From the NCBI GenBank assembly GCA_037131365.1, contig JBAXRE010000004.1, forward strand, positions 71,508 through 135,507: a stretch of DNA of 64,000 nt, in the 5' to 3' direction. The number at the start of each line of letters is the position of its first letter. Position 1 is the first letter of the stretch. The position numbers were made by a program, and so were the translations under genes. Below, in pieces: positions 17,545 to 27,110 of the stretch. Origin of the DNA: Sphingomonadales bacterium. GTDB lineage: Bacteria > Pseudomonadota > Alphaproteobacteria > Sphingomonadales > Sphingomonadaceae. The notes under the pieces are model-generated. The model was not told the DNA's origin. It searched no databases and was given only the letters and a program-made list of their open reading frames with translations.

Positions 17545-19262
17545 TTGTAGCGCCAGCTGGTCAGGTCGGCGCCCTTGGGCGCGGCGGCATCGATGCGCTT
17601 CAGGATCTTGTCCACATACATGGTGTGATAACGCAGGCGGCTGATCTTGTTGGGCTGGGTGGGGTCACCGTTCCAGCAATGCTCGGCACGGTCGCCATAG
17701 GCAATCTCGCCGGTGAAGGGCGGATCGGCCTTTTTCAGGAAATCCTCGGCCAGATAGACGGCGTTGTTGAGGTAATAATTGTCCATGTCGCCGACATAGA
17801 GGAAGATCTTGTCGCGGATCTTGGGGCCCAGCGTCTTCCAGTCGCGCTCCATGATGTAACGCAGGTCCCAGTTGTCGCGCCAATAGGCGGCCACTTTGGG
17901 ATCGATCACGCCGGTGCGCTTGTCGAAGATGCGCTGCGGATAGCCATCAGGCCCTTGCGGGCTGAACACGGCTTCCCAGATGTCCCACTGCTGGCCGGAG
18001 CGGCTGTGATCGCCCAGCACCAGCTCCAGCCGCTGTTCCTGTTCGACCATGTAATCGACATGGCCGAGATAGTTGCGGTGCGCCGGGCGATCGACCTTGC
18101 CGAACGGCCCGACCTTCCAGAAGGCGTTCTTGTCCTCATACAGGTTGATGTTGGTGTATTGGCGGAAATCGATGGGATCGGGGCAGGCGGCAAAGGCGCC
18201 ATTGAACTCATCCGGGTAGAAGACCTGCGCCGCCAGCGCCTCCCAGCCGCCGGTGGAGCCGCCATAGGTGAAGCGCGCCCAGCCCTGGCCCAGGCCGCGG
18301 AACTTCGTCTCGATGGCCGGCACCAGCTCCTTCATGATGGCATCGCCATAGGGGCCAAGATTGGCCGAGTTCACCGCATAGCTGTCGTCATAATAGGGGT
18401 TGGAATGGTCGATCTCGACGATCAGGAAGCGCGGGAAATCGGGCGAGGTCCACTTTTTGTAGAGGTCATAGGCCTCCTGCGCCTCGATCCGGTTGTAGCA
18501 GGGCTCGTTGAAACGCGGTTCGGCCTTGCAGGGCAGGTTTGGATCGGGCTGGGTGGCGGAAAAGCCGCTGAAATCGGCCGGGAAGTGGCCGTGGTTGATG
18601 ATCAGTGGATACCTGGCTTCCGGGTGCTTGTCGAAATCCTTGGGCACCAGCACGTGGGCGGTGAGGAACACGTCCGTCCCCCAGAATTTCGACAGGCGCT
18701 CTGACCGGACCTTGAAGTGCCGGATAAATTCGCTGTCCTTCGGCTGCGAAACCGGCGGGATCACCTTGGTCAGCGGGATGGTGACAGTGTCCTTCACCTG
18801 CGGATCGAAATGCACCTTGATGGGGTCGGACACGATGTTGCCCGGCTCGGCCCGCCAATTTTGGCCGGCCCCGCGGGCGGCGGGCAGCTTCACCGTGTGG
18901 CCGGTGGACAGGCGATAGGTCTGATATTTGTGCAGCACCGCCTGCACCATGTAATCGCCGGCCGGCACGCGCGACAGATCGTCGGCCGGATAGCCGAGCA
19001 CGCCGCTGCCGATCAGCGCGCTCTGCCCCGGCTTCAGGCCGTCAATGTTCACGCCGAACACCTGCGGCGCATCGGCACCCAATTTCACCTGGAAGCGCGG
19101 CTCGCGGCTGGCGTCGGGGGTGATGACCAGGATGATGCGGCCATCATTGCTCGGGTCGATGCCCGTGGCGGGCAGGGTCACCCGAAAATCGGTTGCCGCG
19201 GCCGGGCCTGCCAGTGCCAGCAGCAGCGCTGCACCCGATTTCATTCGCAAATGACGCATCAC
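17541..19262 (-). CDS. Secreted putative esterase (alpha/beta-hydrolase)
   Basis: Signal peptide, nucleophile elbow GGSTGGW, downstream VGDMD and EHCW (candidate Asp/His). Confidence 0.75.
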   Translation of the reverse strand: MMRHLRMKSGAALLLALAGPAAATDFRVTLPATGIDPSNDGRIILVITPDASREPRFQVKLGADAPQVFGVNIDGLKPGQSALIGSGVLGYPADDLSRVPAGDYMVQAVLHKYQTYRLSTGHTVKLPAARGAGQNWRAEPGNIVSDPIKVHFDPQVKDTVTIPLTKVIPPVSQPKDSEFIRHFKVRSERLSKFWGTDVFLTAHVLVPKDFDKHPEARYPLIINHGHFPADFSGFSATQPDPNLPCKAEPRFNEPCYNRIEAQEAYDLYKKWTSPDFPRFLIVEIDHSNPYYDDSYAVNSANLGPYGDAIMKELVPAIETKFRGLGQGWARFTYGGSTGGWEALAAQVFYPDEFNGAFAACPDPIDFRQYTNINLYEDKNAFWKVGPFGKVDRPAHRNYLGHVDYMVEQEQRLELVLGDHSRSGQQWDIWEAVFSPQGPDGYPQRIFDKRTGVIDPKVAAYWRDNWDLRYIMERDWKTLGPKIRDKIFLYVGDMDNYYLNNAVYLAEDFLKKADPPFTGEIAYGDRAEHCWNGDPTQPNKISRLRYHTMYVDKILKRIDAAAPKGADLTSWRYK

Positions 19263-19381
19263 CGCCCCGCCTCCCCGATGCTGGAACTAAAGCACGCTTC
19301 CGCGGGTGCGGCAACGCGTGCCAAGGCGGCGGCCTGCGCCGCAGATCACCCACTGCGCCGATCCGCTGGTGCGGCGCCAGG

Positions 19382-20764
19382 CTATTTGGTGCGCAGCGGC
19401 CGTTCGTCGGTGGCGGCCAGCCAGATCGCCGCCGCCCACGCGGCGACGTTCTGGTCAAGCTGCTTGGGGTCCACCTTGTCCAGCGTGTCGTCTGCCGTGT
19501 GGTGCACCTCGAAATAGCGGGTCATGTCCTGCGCCAGATCAATCACGCCAACACTGGTCGCCGCCAGCGGCCCCACGTCCGGCCCGCCGCCGGCGCTGTT
19601 GCCGGCCCTGGCATCGATGCCCAGCGGCGCCAGCACGCCGGCAATCTCCCCGAACAGCGGCAGCCCGGCTTCGGCCACCCGCGATTCCAGCTGGAAGATG
19701 CGGTCTGCACCGGCATCGCTTTCGCCGGCCAGCACGATGGTCTCGCCGGCATGGGCCGCGGCATAGGCCCGCCCGCCGATCAGCCCCTCTTCCTCGGCAC
19801 CCCACAGCACGACGCGGATGGTGCGGCGCGGGCGCTCGCCGGTCTTGTCCAGATGCGCCTTGATGGTGGCGGCGGCGGCCAGGCTGATGGCAACACCGGC
19901 GCCATCATCAAACACCGCTTGGCCCAGATCCCAGCTGTCGAGATGCCCGCCAAGAATGACGACCTCACCCGGTACCGTGCCCGGAATTTCGCCGATCAGG
20001 TTGGCGGATTGGCCGGGGCGGCTGGCCGGTGTCGCGGTCAGTGTTACTTCCACCGGTCCGGCGGCACAGCGGCGCGCCAGCAGCTCCGCATCGGGCAGGG
20101 CCAGCGCCAGCGCCGGAATGGCGGCGATGCCGGCCGGGAAGCTGGTGCTGCCAGTGTGCGGGTTGCGGTGATGATCGGTGCCCAGGCTGCGGATCAACAC
20201 GGCCGCCGCGCCCTTCTGGGCGGCAATGCCCGGCCCGGCGCGGCGCACGCCGCCATTGGCACCATAGCTGCTGCCATCCTGCGTGACGCCCATGTGGTGA
20301 TCGATGAAGACGATACGGCCCGTCACGGCGGCATCCGGCGCTGCGCGCAGTGCGGCCAGCGAGCCAAAGCAGGCGACCGGTGCGGTGATGCCGCCGGCCG
20401 GGGTCGCCGCCGAGGTGCCGAGCGCCGCCACAGCCAGATTGTGATTGCTGCCAACAATGCTGGCGCGCGCCATGCCGCGTTCCCACACCGTCATCGGGAA
20501 GGCTTCCTCGTGGATGTTCACCAGGCCCAGCCGCGCCATCGCTGCCTTGGCCCAGGCCCGGCCGCGCGCATCGGCTTCGGTGCCGGCCAGGCGCTGGCCC
20601 ACCGTATCGGTGAGGTTCGCCAGCAAGCCATAGGCCGGGTTGGCGGCCAGCGCCGTGTCACGCAGGCGGGCGGCGGTTTCGATGCGGCCCGCGCCGGGGC
20701 TGGCCGGCTGTGCGGCAACACCACCCGCCATCAGGGCCAGGATGGGCAACAGGGTCAGGCGCAT
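19382..20764 (-). CDS. Secreted M28/M20 family metallopeptidase (carboxypeptidase Q-like)
   Basis: GHLDSWD, AVFDDGAG, WGAEEEGL, HHTADD and a PA domain. Start re-picked at MRLTLLP. Confidence 0.92.
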   Translation of the reverse strand: MRLTLLPILALMAGGVAAQPASPGAGRIETAARLRDTALAANPAYGLLANLTDTVGQRLAGTEADARGRAWAKAAMARLGLVNIHEEAFPMTVWERGMARASIVGSNHNLAVAALGTSAATPAGGITAPVACFGSLAALRAAPDAAVTGRIVFIDHHMGVTQDGSSYGANGGVRRAGPGIAAQKGAAAVLIRSLGTDHHRNPHTGSTSFPAGIAAIPALALALPDAELLARRCAAGPVEVTLTATPASRPGQSANLIGEIPGTVPGEVVILGGHLDSWDLGQAVFDDGAGVAISLAAAATIKAHLDKTGERPRRTIRVVLWGAEEEGLIGGRAYAAAHAGETIVLAGESDAGADRIFQLESRVAEAGLPLFGEIAGVLAPLGIDARAGNSAGGGPDVGPLAATSVGVIDLAQDMTRYFEVHHTADDTLDKVDPKQLDQNVAAWAAAIWLAATDERPLRTK

Positions 20765-20915
20765 TGGAAAACTCCCCTCGAAAGGCCCGCCGACGGGCGC
20801 CGCGCTTGTCGCGCGCGGCGCCCTTTGGGTCAATCGGCCCGTTTGCGCCGGCGGCGACCATCGGCTAATGAGCCCGCAACTTTTTCCCCGCACACCCGAT
20901 TCCGGAGCCAAGCCC

Positions 20916-22595
20916 GTGGCCTATCAATATGCGTTCGTGATGAAGGGTCTTTCGAAGACCTATCCCGGCGCCAACAAGCCCTGTTTCAAGGACATCACCC
21001 TGTCGTTCCTGCCGGGCGCCAAGATCGCCATCATCGGCCCGAACGGCGCCGGCAAATCCACCCTGATGAAGGTGATCGCCGGCATCGACACCGAATTCCA
21101 GGGCGAAGCCTGGGCGGCCGAAGGCGTGAAGGTCGGCTATCTGCCGCAGGAACCGCACCTTGATCCGAACAAGACGGTGAAGGGCAATGTGATGGACGGC
21201 GTGCGCCCGGTGGCGGACCTCGTCGATCGTTTCAACGCCATCAGTGCGGAAATGGCCGATCCCAAGGACGACACCGATTTTGACGCCCTGATGATGGAAA
21301 TGGGCGAGCTGCAGGAAAAGATCGACGCCGTCGATGGCTGGACGCTCGACAACCAGCTGGAAATCGCCATGGACGCGCTGCGCTGCCCGCCCGGGGACAG
21401 TGGGGTTGAGAAGCTGTCGGGCGGCGAAAAGCGCCGCGTCGCGTTGTGCAAGCTGCTGCTGGAAAAGCCGGAAATCCTGCTGCTCGACGAACCGACCAAC
21501 CACCTGGATGCCGAATCCGTGTCGTGGCTGGAAAACCACCTCAAGGAATATAAGGGCATGGTGATCCTGGTCACCCACGATCGCTACTTCCTTGATAATG
21601 TGGTGAAATGGGTTCTTGAGCTGGATCGCGGCCGCGCCATTCCGTTCGAAGGCAATTATTCCGACTGGCTGGAAGCCAAGCAGAAGCGCCTGAGCCAGGA
21701 AGAGCGCGAAGACGCGTCCCGCGAGAAGGCCATCAAGCAGGAGCTGGAGTGGATCCGCGCCAGCCCGAAGGCCCGCCAGACCAAGAGCAAGGCGCGTATC
21801 AAGGCCTTCGACGAGCTGGTGGAAAAGCAGGCAAACCGCCGCCTGGGCGAAGCCCAGATCCTGATCCAGGTGCCGGAGCGCCTGGGCAACCGGGTGATCG
21901 AGGCGAAGAACCTCACCAAGAGCTATGGCGACAAATTGCTGTTCGAAAATCTGTCGTTCAGCCTGCCGCCGGGCGGCATCGTCGGCATCATCGGCCCGAA
22001 CGGCGCCGGCAAGACGACACTGTTCCGCATCATCACCGGCCAGGAAGTGCCGGACGCCGGCGAAATCGCCATCGGCGAGACGGTGAAGATGGCCTATGTC
22101 GACCAGAGCCGCGACGCGCTCGACCCGGGCAAGAATGTCTGGGAGGAAATCTCCGGCGGCAACGACAAATTCTACTTCGGCAAGAACGAGGTGCTGACCC
22201 GGGCTTATGTGGGCGCCTTCAACTTCAAGGGGCCGGACCAGCAGAAGAAAGTTGGCCTGCTGTCAGGTGGGGAACGCAACCGCGTCCACATGGCCAAGAT
22301 GCTGGTGAAGGGCGGCAACGTGCTGCTGCTCGACGAACCGACGAACGATTTGGATGTTGAAACCCTGCGCGCCCTGGAAGAGGCGCTGGAAAGCTTCGCC
22401 GGCTGCGCCGTGGTCATCAGCCACGACCGCTTCTTCCTCGATCGCCTTGCCACGCACATCCTGGCCTTCGAAGGCGACAGCCATGTCGAATGGTTCGAAG
22501 GCAATTTCCAGATGTACGAGGAAGACAAGCGGCGGCGATTGGGCGATGCGGCCGATCGCCCGCATGCGCTGACGTACAAGAAGCTGACGCGGTAA
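20916..22595 (+). CDS. ettA: Energy-dependent translational throttle ABC-F ATPase
   Basis: Two ABC cassettes (GPNGAGKST; LSGGEKRR; LSGGERNR), PtIM linker KARQTKSKARI, typical EttA C-terminus. GTG start 20916. Confidence 0.95.
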   Translation: MAYQYAFVMKGLSKTYPGANKPCFKDITLSFLPGAKIAIIGPNGAGKSTLMKVIAGIDTEFQGEAWAAEGVKVGYLPQEPHLDPNKTVKGNVMDGVRPVADLVDRFNAISAEMADPKDDTDFDALMMEMGELQEKIDAVDGWTLDNQLEIAMDALRCPPGDSGVEKLSGGEKRRVALCKLLLEKPEILLLDEPTNHLDAESVSWLENHLKEYKGMVILVTHDRYFLDNVVKWVLELDRGRAIPFEGNYSDWLEAKQKRLSQEEREDASREKAIKQELEWIRASPKARQTKSKARIKAFDELVEKQANRRLGEAQILIQVPERLGNRVIEAKNLTKSYGDKLLFENLSFSLPPGGIVGIIGPNGAGKTTLFRIITGQEVPDAGEIAIGETVKMAYVDQSRDALDPGKNVWEEISGGNDKFYFGKNEVLTRAYVGAFNFKGPDQQKKVGLLSGGERNRVHMAKMLVKGGNVLLLDEPTNDLDVETLRALEEALESFAGCAVVISHDRFFLDRLATHILAFEGDSHVEWFEGNFQMYEEDKRRRLGDAADRPHALTYKKLTR

Positions 22596-22605
22596 CTCCC
22601 TCTAA

Positions 22606-22632
22606 CGTCACCCCGGCGAAAGCCGGGGCCCA
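22606..22632. repeat. REP-like palindrome CCCCGGCGAAAGCCGGGG
   Basis: CGTCACCCCGGCGAAAGCCGGGGCCCA; a related copy lies at 51371-51388. Confidence 0.7.
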
Positions 22633-22648
22633 TCGACCGAACTCAGGT

Positions 22649-23245
22649 TTACGGCGCCACCCAGCCCCCAGCCCAGCCAGCGCTGCTGCGAAACAGCGCG
22701 CGCCGATGCCCGCTGTTGGCCAGGTGCAGCCAGTCGATCTCCGTCACGTCCACCCACAGGGTCGCGAAATTCGCGCGGGCCGGCACGATCTGCTCCGCAG
22801 TCGGCTGCTGGCCTTCGATCCACGCCGGCAGGCCGGAGGCGGGGCCGGGCAGGGGGGTGCCGGGTGGCTGTTCGGCCAGATAGCAGCGGCGGGCGAACAG
22901 CGTCGATTGCGCCCAGATGCCTTCCACCGCCTCGCCATCGCGCAGCACGCTCGCCGTCCCCGAAACCCGCAATTGCACCTGTTCGGCCGGGTGATAGGCC
23001 AGCACTGCCACCGGCCGGCCATCCAGTTGCGCCACCTTGGGGCTGCGCACGTCGGTGTGGAAACGCAGGGTTGCCGCTGCCGGATCGGCCTTGCGCAGCA
23101 CCATCACCCGCGCCTGCGGCAGGCCATCGCCATCGACACTGGCCACCACCGGCGTGTGCACAGGGCTCTTGCGGTCGGCGCCGCCGCGCACCAGCAGGCT
23201 CCAGGCGTGCGCCAGGATGTCGGGCAGATGATCGTCCGGTCTCAT
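22649..23245 (-). CDS. Pyridoxamine 5'-phosphate oxidase-like FMN-binding protein
   Basis: PQARVMVLRK, FHTDVRSPK, EQVQLRVSG, IDWLHL..GHRR. Start MRPDDH overlaps the RidA stop. Confidence 0.85.
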   Translation of the reverse strand: MRPDDHLPDILAHAWSLLVRGGADRKSPVHTPVVASVDGDGLPQARVMVLRKADPAAATLRFHTDVRSPKVAQLDGRPVAVLAYHPAEQVQLRVSGTASVLRDGEAVEGIWAQSTLFARRCYLAEQPPGTPLPGPASGLPAWIEGQQPTAEQIVPARANFATLWVDVTEIDWLHLANSGHRRALFRSSAGWAGGWVAP

Positions 23246-23748
23246 TTCAGCTCGACGATCACGTCCACTTCCACCGGCCAGCCGCGCGGCAGGCTGCCGG
23301 CGCCGGCCGCCACCCGCGGCGCCTTGCCGGCTTCGCCAAAGGCCGTCACCATCACTTCGGAAAAGCCGTTCATCACTTCGGGATGCTGGGTGAATTCGGG
23401 CGTGGCGTTTACCAGGCCCATCACCTTCACCACCCGCTTCACCTGTGAAAGGTCGCCCAGCTCGGCCTTCAGCGTGGCCAGCACGCACAGGCCGATGCGC
23501 CCCGCCACCGCCTTGCCCTGCGCCACATCCATCGTCGCGCCCAGCTTGCCGGCAGCACCGGCCGGGCATTCGCCATGGCCGGCGAGGAACATCAGCTTGC
23601 CCACCCGTGCCGCCGGCACATAAAGGCCGATCGGTGCGTTGGGCGGCGGCAGTGTGAGCCCGGCGGCGGCCAGGCGCTGCTCGGGCGTTGCGGCCGCGGC
23701 CGGCACGGCCAGCAGGGCGGCGATCATCATCAGGCCAGCGCGCGTCAT
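23242..23748 (-). CDS. RidA/YjgF family protein with N-terminal signal-like segment
   Basis: GLYVPA, LMFLAGH, VVKVMGLVNA..EF..HP.VMNG.S, PRVAAG..SLP...PVEVD. Confidence 0.88.
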   Translation of the reverse strand: MTRAGLMMIAALLAVPAAAATPEQRLAAAGLTLPPPNAPIGLYVPAARVGKLMFLAGHGECPAGAAGKLGATMDVAQGKAVAGRIGLCVLATLKAELGDLSQVKRVVKVMGLVNATPEFTQHPEVMNGFSEVMVTAFGEAGKAPRVAAGAGSLPRGWPVEVDVIVELK

Positions 23749-23842
23749 CAGGGGGTCCCTCCTTGCCCGGTGTACGCCACCGGCCTAGCATCCCCGCAAC
23801 CAAGGTCAATCAGGGGAGGGCGGGGCCAGGCTCCGCAGCGTC

Positions 23843-25123
23843 ATGGCAACAGATTTTCCGGCATCGCGCCACCTGCCCGGTCATGGCTTCCCGGGCTTTG
23901 CCAGCGCGGCCGAAACGGATCCGGCCGTGCTTGGCCTGATGCAGGGCGCGCCGGTGCCGGCCGATCGCCAGGTGCGCTGGGATGATGGCTCGATGTGGCG
24001 CTTTCCGCATTTGCGCTGGGCCTTCAGCCATCTGCGCGAACTGGTGCCGACCGCCAACATCGGGCGCGCAGGGCCGGTGAGCGCGCTGCCGGCCGGCCGG
24101 CGTGCCGATCTCGATGGCATCACCCTCACCACGCTCGATGGCCAACGCCTGACCTGGCGCGAGGCACTTGCCGCCACCTACACCGATGCCATCCTGATCC
24201 TGAAGGATGGTGAGGTGGTGTATGAAGAGCATTTCGGCGCCACCACGCCGGCCACCCAGCATATCCTGTTTTCCGTCACCAAGAGCTTCGTCGGCACCAT
24301 CGCCGAAATGCTGATTGAGGAAGGAAAGCTCAGCTCGGATGCGAAGATTGCCGATTATGTGCCTGAAATGACGGGCTCCGGCCTGGGTGACGCCAGCATC
24401 CGCCAGGTCCTCGACATGCGCACCGGCCTCGCCTTCAGCGAGGATTATGTCGCTGGCCAGACCGGCATCACCGACGTGCAGCGCATGAGCATCGCCTCCG
24501 GCCTCGGCCCGCGCCCTCCGGGTTATGACGGGCCGGATGGCAATTTCGCCTTCGTCGCCAGCCTGACGGCCAATGCGCCCCATGGCGGTGATTTCGTCTA
24601 TCGCACGCCCAACACCAGCGCCCTGCAATGGGTGGTGGAACGCGTTGGCGGCCAGCCGCTGGCGGTGCAGATCGCCGCGCGCTTCTGGTCGCGCATGGGC
24701 ATGGAACAGGATGCCGCCATCGCCGTCGATCGGCTTGGCACCGCGTTCGGCGGCGGTGGGCTGATGGCCTGCCTACGCGACATCGCGCGCTTTGGCGAGA
24801 TGATGCGCCTGGGTGGGCGCTGGCATGGGCAGCAGATCGTGCCCGAAGCGGTGGTGGCGCGCATCATGGCCGGCGGCGATCCGGCCGCGTTCGCCGCCTG
24901 CCAATATCCCGGCAATCTGGATGGCAATTATGGCAGCCAATGGTGGCACCGCGCCGGCGGCCAGCTGATGGCAATGGGGGTGAACGGCCAGGGCATCTAT
25001 GCCGATGTGGCGGCCGGCGTGGTGATCGCGCGCCTGGGCAGCCACCCCGTGGCCAGCAACCGCGCCAACATGGCCGTCACCATACCGGCCTATGACGCGG
25101 TGATCGCGGCGCTCAGCCGGTAG
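23843..25123 (+). CDS. Serine hydrolase, beta-lactamase/NylB (6-aminohexanoate-dimer hydrolase)-like
   Basis: SxxK (FSVTKS), FVYRTPNT (YxN-like), C-terminal AMGVNGQ. Confidence 0.88.
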   Translation: MATDFPASRHLPGHGFPGFASAAETDPAVLGLMQGAPVPADRQVRWDDGSMWRFPHLRWAFSHLRELVPTANIGRAGPVSALPAGRRADLDGITLTTLDGQRLTWREALAATYTDAILILKDGEVVYEEHFGATTPATQHILFSVTKSFVGTIAEMLIEEGKLSSDAKIADYVPEMTGSGLGDASIRQVLDMRTGLAFSEDYVAGQTGITDVQRMSIASGLGPRPPGYDGPDGNFAFVASLTANAPHGGDFVYRTPNTSALQWVVERVGGQPLAVQIAARFWSRMGMEQDAAIAVDRLGTAFGGGGLMACLRDIARFGEMMRLGGRWHGQQIVPEAVVARIMAGGDPAAFAACQYPGNLDGNYGSQWWHRAGGQLMAMGVNGQGIYADVAAGVVIARLGSHPVASNRANMAVTIPAYDAVIAALSR

Positions 25124-25157
25124 GCGGCGCGGGCGCCGTCTCGCCCGCGCCCCGCTG

Positions 25158-26678
25158 TCAGGCCGGCTGCTTGGCCCGTGCCGCCGCGATGCGGGCGCGC
25201 CAGTCGGCCGGGCCGGTCTGGTGCACGCTGGTGCCTTCGGAATCCACTGCAACAGTCACCGGCATGTCCTTGACTTCGAACTCGTAAATCGCCTCCATGC
25301 CAAGGTCTTCAAAGGCGACGACGCGCGATGCCTTGATGGCCTTGGCGACCAGATAGGCGGCGCCGCCCACGGCCATCAGATAGGCCGCCTTGTGGCGCTT
25401 GATCGCCTCGATGCCGGTTGGCCCGCGTTCGGCCTTGCCGATCATGGCGATCAGGCCGGTCTTGGCCAGCATCATCTCGGTGAACTTGTCCATGCGGGTC
25501 GCGGTGGTGGGGCCGGCGGGGCCAACCACCTCATCACGCACCGGATCGACCGGGCCGACATAATAGATGACGCGGTTGGTGAAATCGACCGGCAGCGTCT
25601 CCCCACGGGCCAGCATGTCGGTCATGCGCTTGTGGGCGGCGTCGCGGCCGGTGAGCATCTTGCCGTTCAGCAGCAGCCGGTCACCCGGCTTCCAGCTCGC
25701 AACCTCGGCCGGGGTGAGCGTGTCGAGATTGACCGGTTTGGAGGCCTTGTCCGGCGTCCAGTTCACCTGCGGCCAGTCTTCCAGTTTCGGCGCCTCCAGA
25801 TAGGCGGGGCCATTGCCGGTGAGGGTGAAATGGGCGTGGCGGGTGGCGGCGCAATTGGGGATCATCGCGACAGGTTTTGATGCCGCATGGGTGGGCATGT
25901 CGCGGATCTTGACGTCGAGCACGGTCGAAAGCCCGCCCAGGCCCTGGGCACCGATGCCCAGATCGTTGACGGCGTCATACAGCTCGATGCGCAATTCTTC
26001 GATCGGGGAGCGCGGGCCGCGCGCCTTCAGCTCGGCCATGTCGATCGGCTCCATCAGCGATTCCTTGGCCATCACCATCGCCGCTTCGGCGGTGCCGCCG
26101 ATGCCGATGCCCAGCATGCCGGGCGGGCACCAGCCAGCGCCCATCAGCGGCACCGTGTTCACCACCCAGTCGCGGATGGAATCACTGGGGTTGAGCATGG
26201 CGAATTTCGACTTGTTTTCCGAACCGCCGCCCTTGGCCGCGATGCTGATCTCGACATGGTCGCCGTGCACCAGCTCGACATGGACAACGGCCGGCGTGTT
26301 GTCGCGGGTGTTGACGCGGCTGAACGCCGGATCGGCCACGATGGAGGCGCGCAGTTTATTCTCCGGATTGAGATAGGCGCGGCGCACGCCTTCGTTGATC
26401 ATTTCCTGAACAGTTTTCGTGGCTTGCCAGCGAACGTTCATGCCGACTTTGACAAAGGCGACAACGATGCCGGTGTCCTGACAGATTGGGCGATGGCCTT
26501 CGGCGCTCATCCGGCTGTTGGTCAGGATCTGGGCGATCGCATCGCGGGCGGCCGGCGATTCTTCCAGGGCATAGGCCCGGCCCAGCGCCCGGATATAGTC
26601 CATGGGATGGAAATAGCTGATATATTGCAGCGCATCGGCCACGGATTCGATGACATCTTCCTCGCGGATCACGGTCAT
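25158..26678 (-). CDS. Fumarate hydratase class I (Fe-S)
   Basis: RPICQDTG, KGGGSENK, NCAATRH, GPTTATRMD. Confidence 0.95.
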   Translation of the reverse strand: MTVIREEDVIESVADALQYISYFHPMDYIRALGRAYALEESPAARDAIAQILTNSRMSAEGHRPICQDTGIVVAFVKVGMNVRWQATKTVQEMINEGVRRAYLNPENKLRASIVADPAFSRVNTRDNTPAVVHVELVHGDHVEISIAAKGGGSENKSKFAMLNPSDSIRDWVVNTVPLMGAGWCPPGMLGIGIGGTAEAAMVMAKESLMEPIDMAELKARGPRSPIEELRIELYDAVNDLGIGAQGLGGLSTVLDVKIRDMPTHAASKPVAMIPNCAATRHAHFTLTGNGPAYLEAPKLEDWPQVNWTPDKASKPVNLDTLTPAEVASWKPGDRLLLNGKMLTGRDAAHKRMTDMLARGETLPVDFTNRVIYYVGPVDPVRDEVVGPAGPTTATRMDKFTEMMLAKTGLIAMIGKAERGPTGIEAIKRHKAAYLMAVGGAAYLVAKAIKASRVVAFEDLGMEAIYEFEVKDMPVTVAVDSEGTSVHQTGPADWRARIAAARAKQPA

Positions 26679-26935
26679 GAAATTTTCCTGTCCTGGCTGG
26701 CGACCTGTGACGTTTCGGGCACGCCTGTTGCGGGTTCAAGGATAAGCCTGTGCGCCAACAGCGTCCATATCGGCAACCCCGCGCTTGCTGCAGTTTTTGA
26801 GATGTGGGCCGCAAGCCCTTGAAGCTGCGAATCCCTGTCGCAGCCATGGCGGCGTCACCGTGGATGGCCGGCGCGTTGCAGTCATTTCGGCAGCAGTCAA
26901 CCCCAACAATGGACTTGCGTGCCGGCGTGTCTGTG

Positions 26936-26982
26936 GCACTATCACTAGCGTATTGGAGCCATCGAGACACATGATCTGGTGG
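26936..26982 (+). promoter_or_regulatory. Tandem NrdR boxes upstream of nrdA
   Basis: gCACTAtcacTAGcGt (26936-26951) and aCACAtgATcTgGTGg (26967-26982) resemble acaCwAtATaTwGtg and are 31 bp apart, the usual NrdR tandem spacing. Confidence 0.6.
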
Positions 26983-27110
26983 TTCCGGGCGGGGCACCAC
27001 AGGCCGCGGATATCGCAGCCTGTGGATATCGGGGACAAAAGTCGGCGCGACAACATCAGCGCGTGACCCCGGTTTGTTCCCCTCCTATGATAGAGGGGCA
27101 AGACGAAGAC

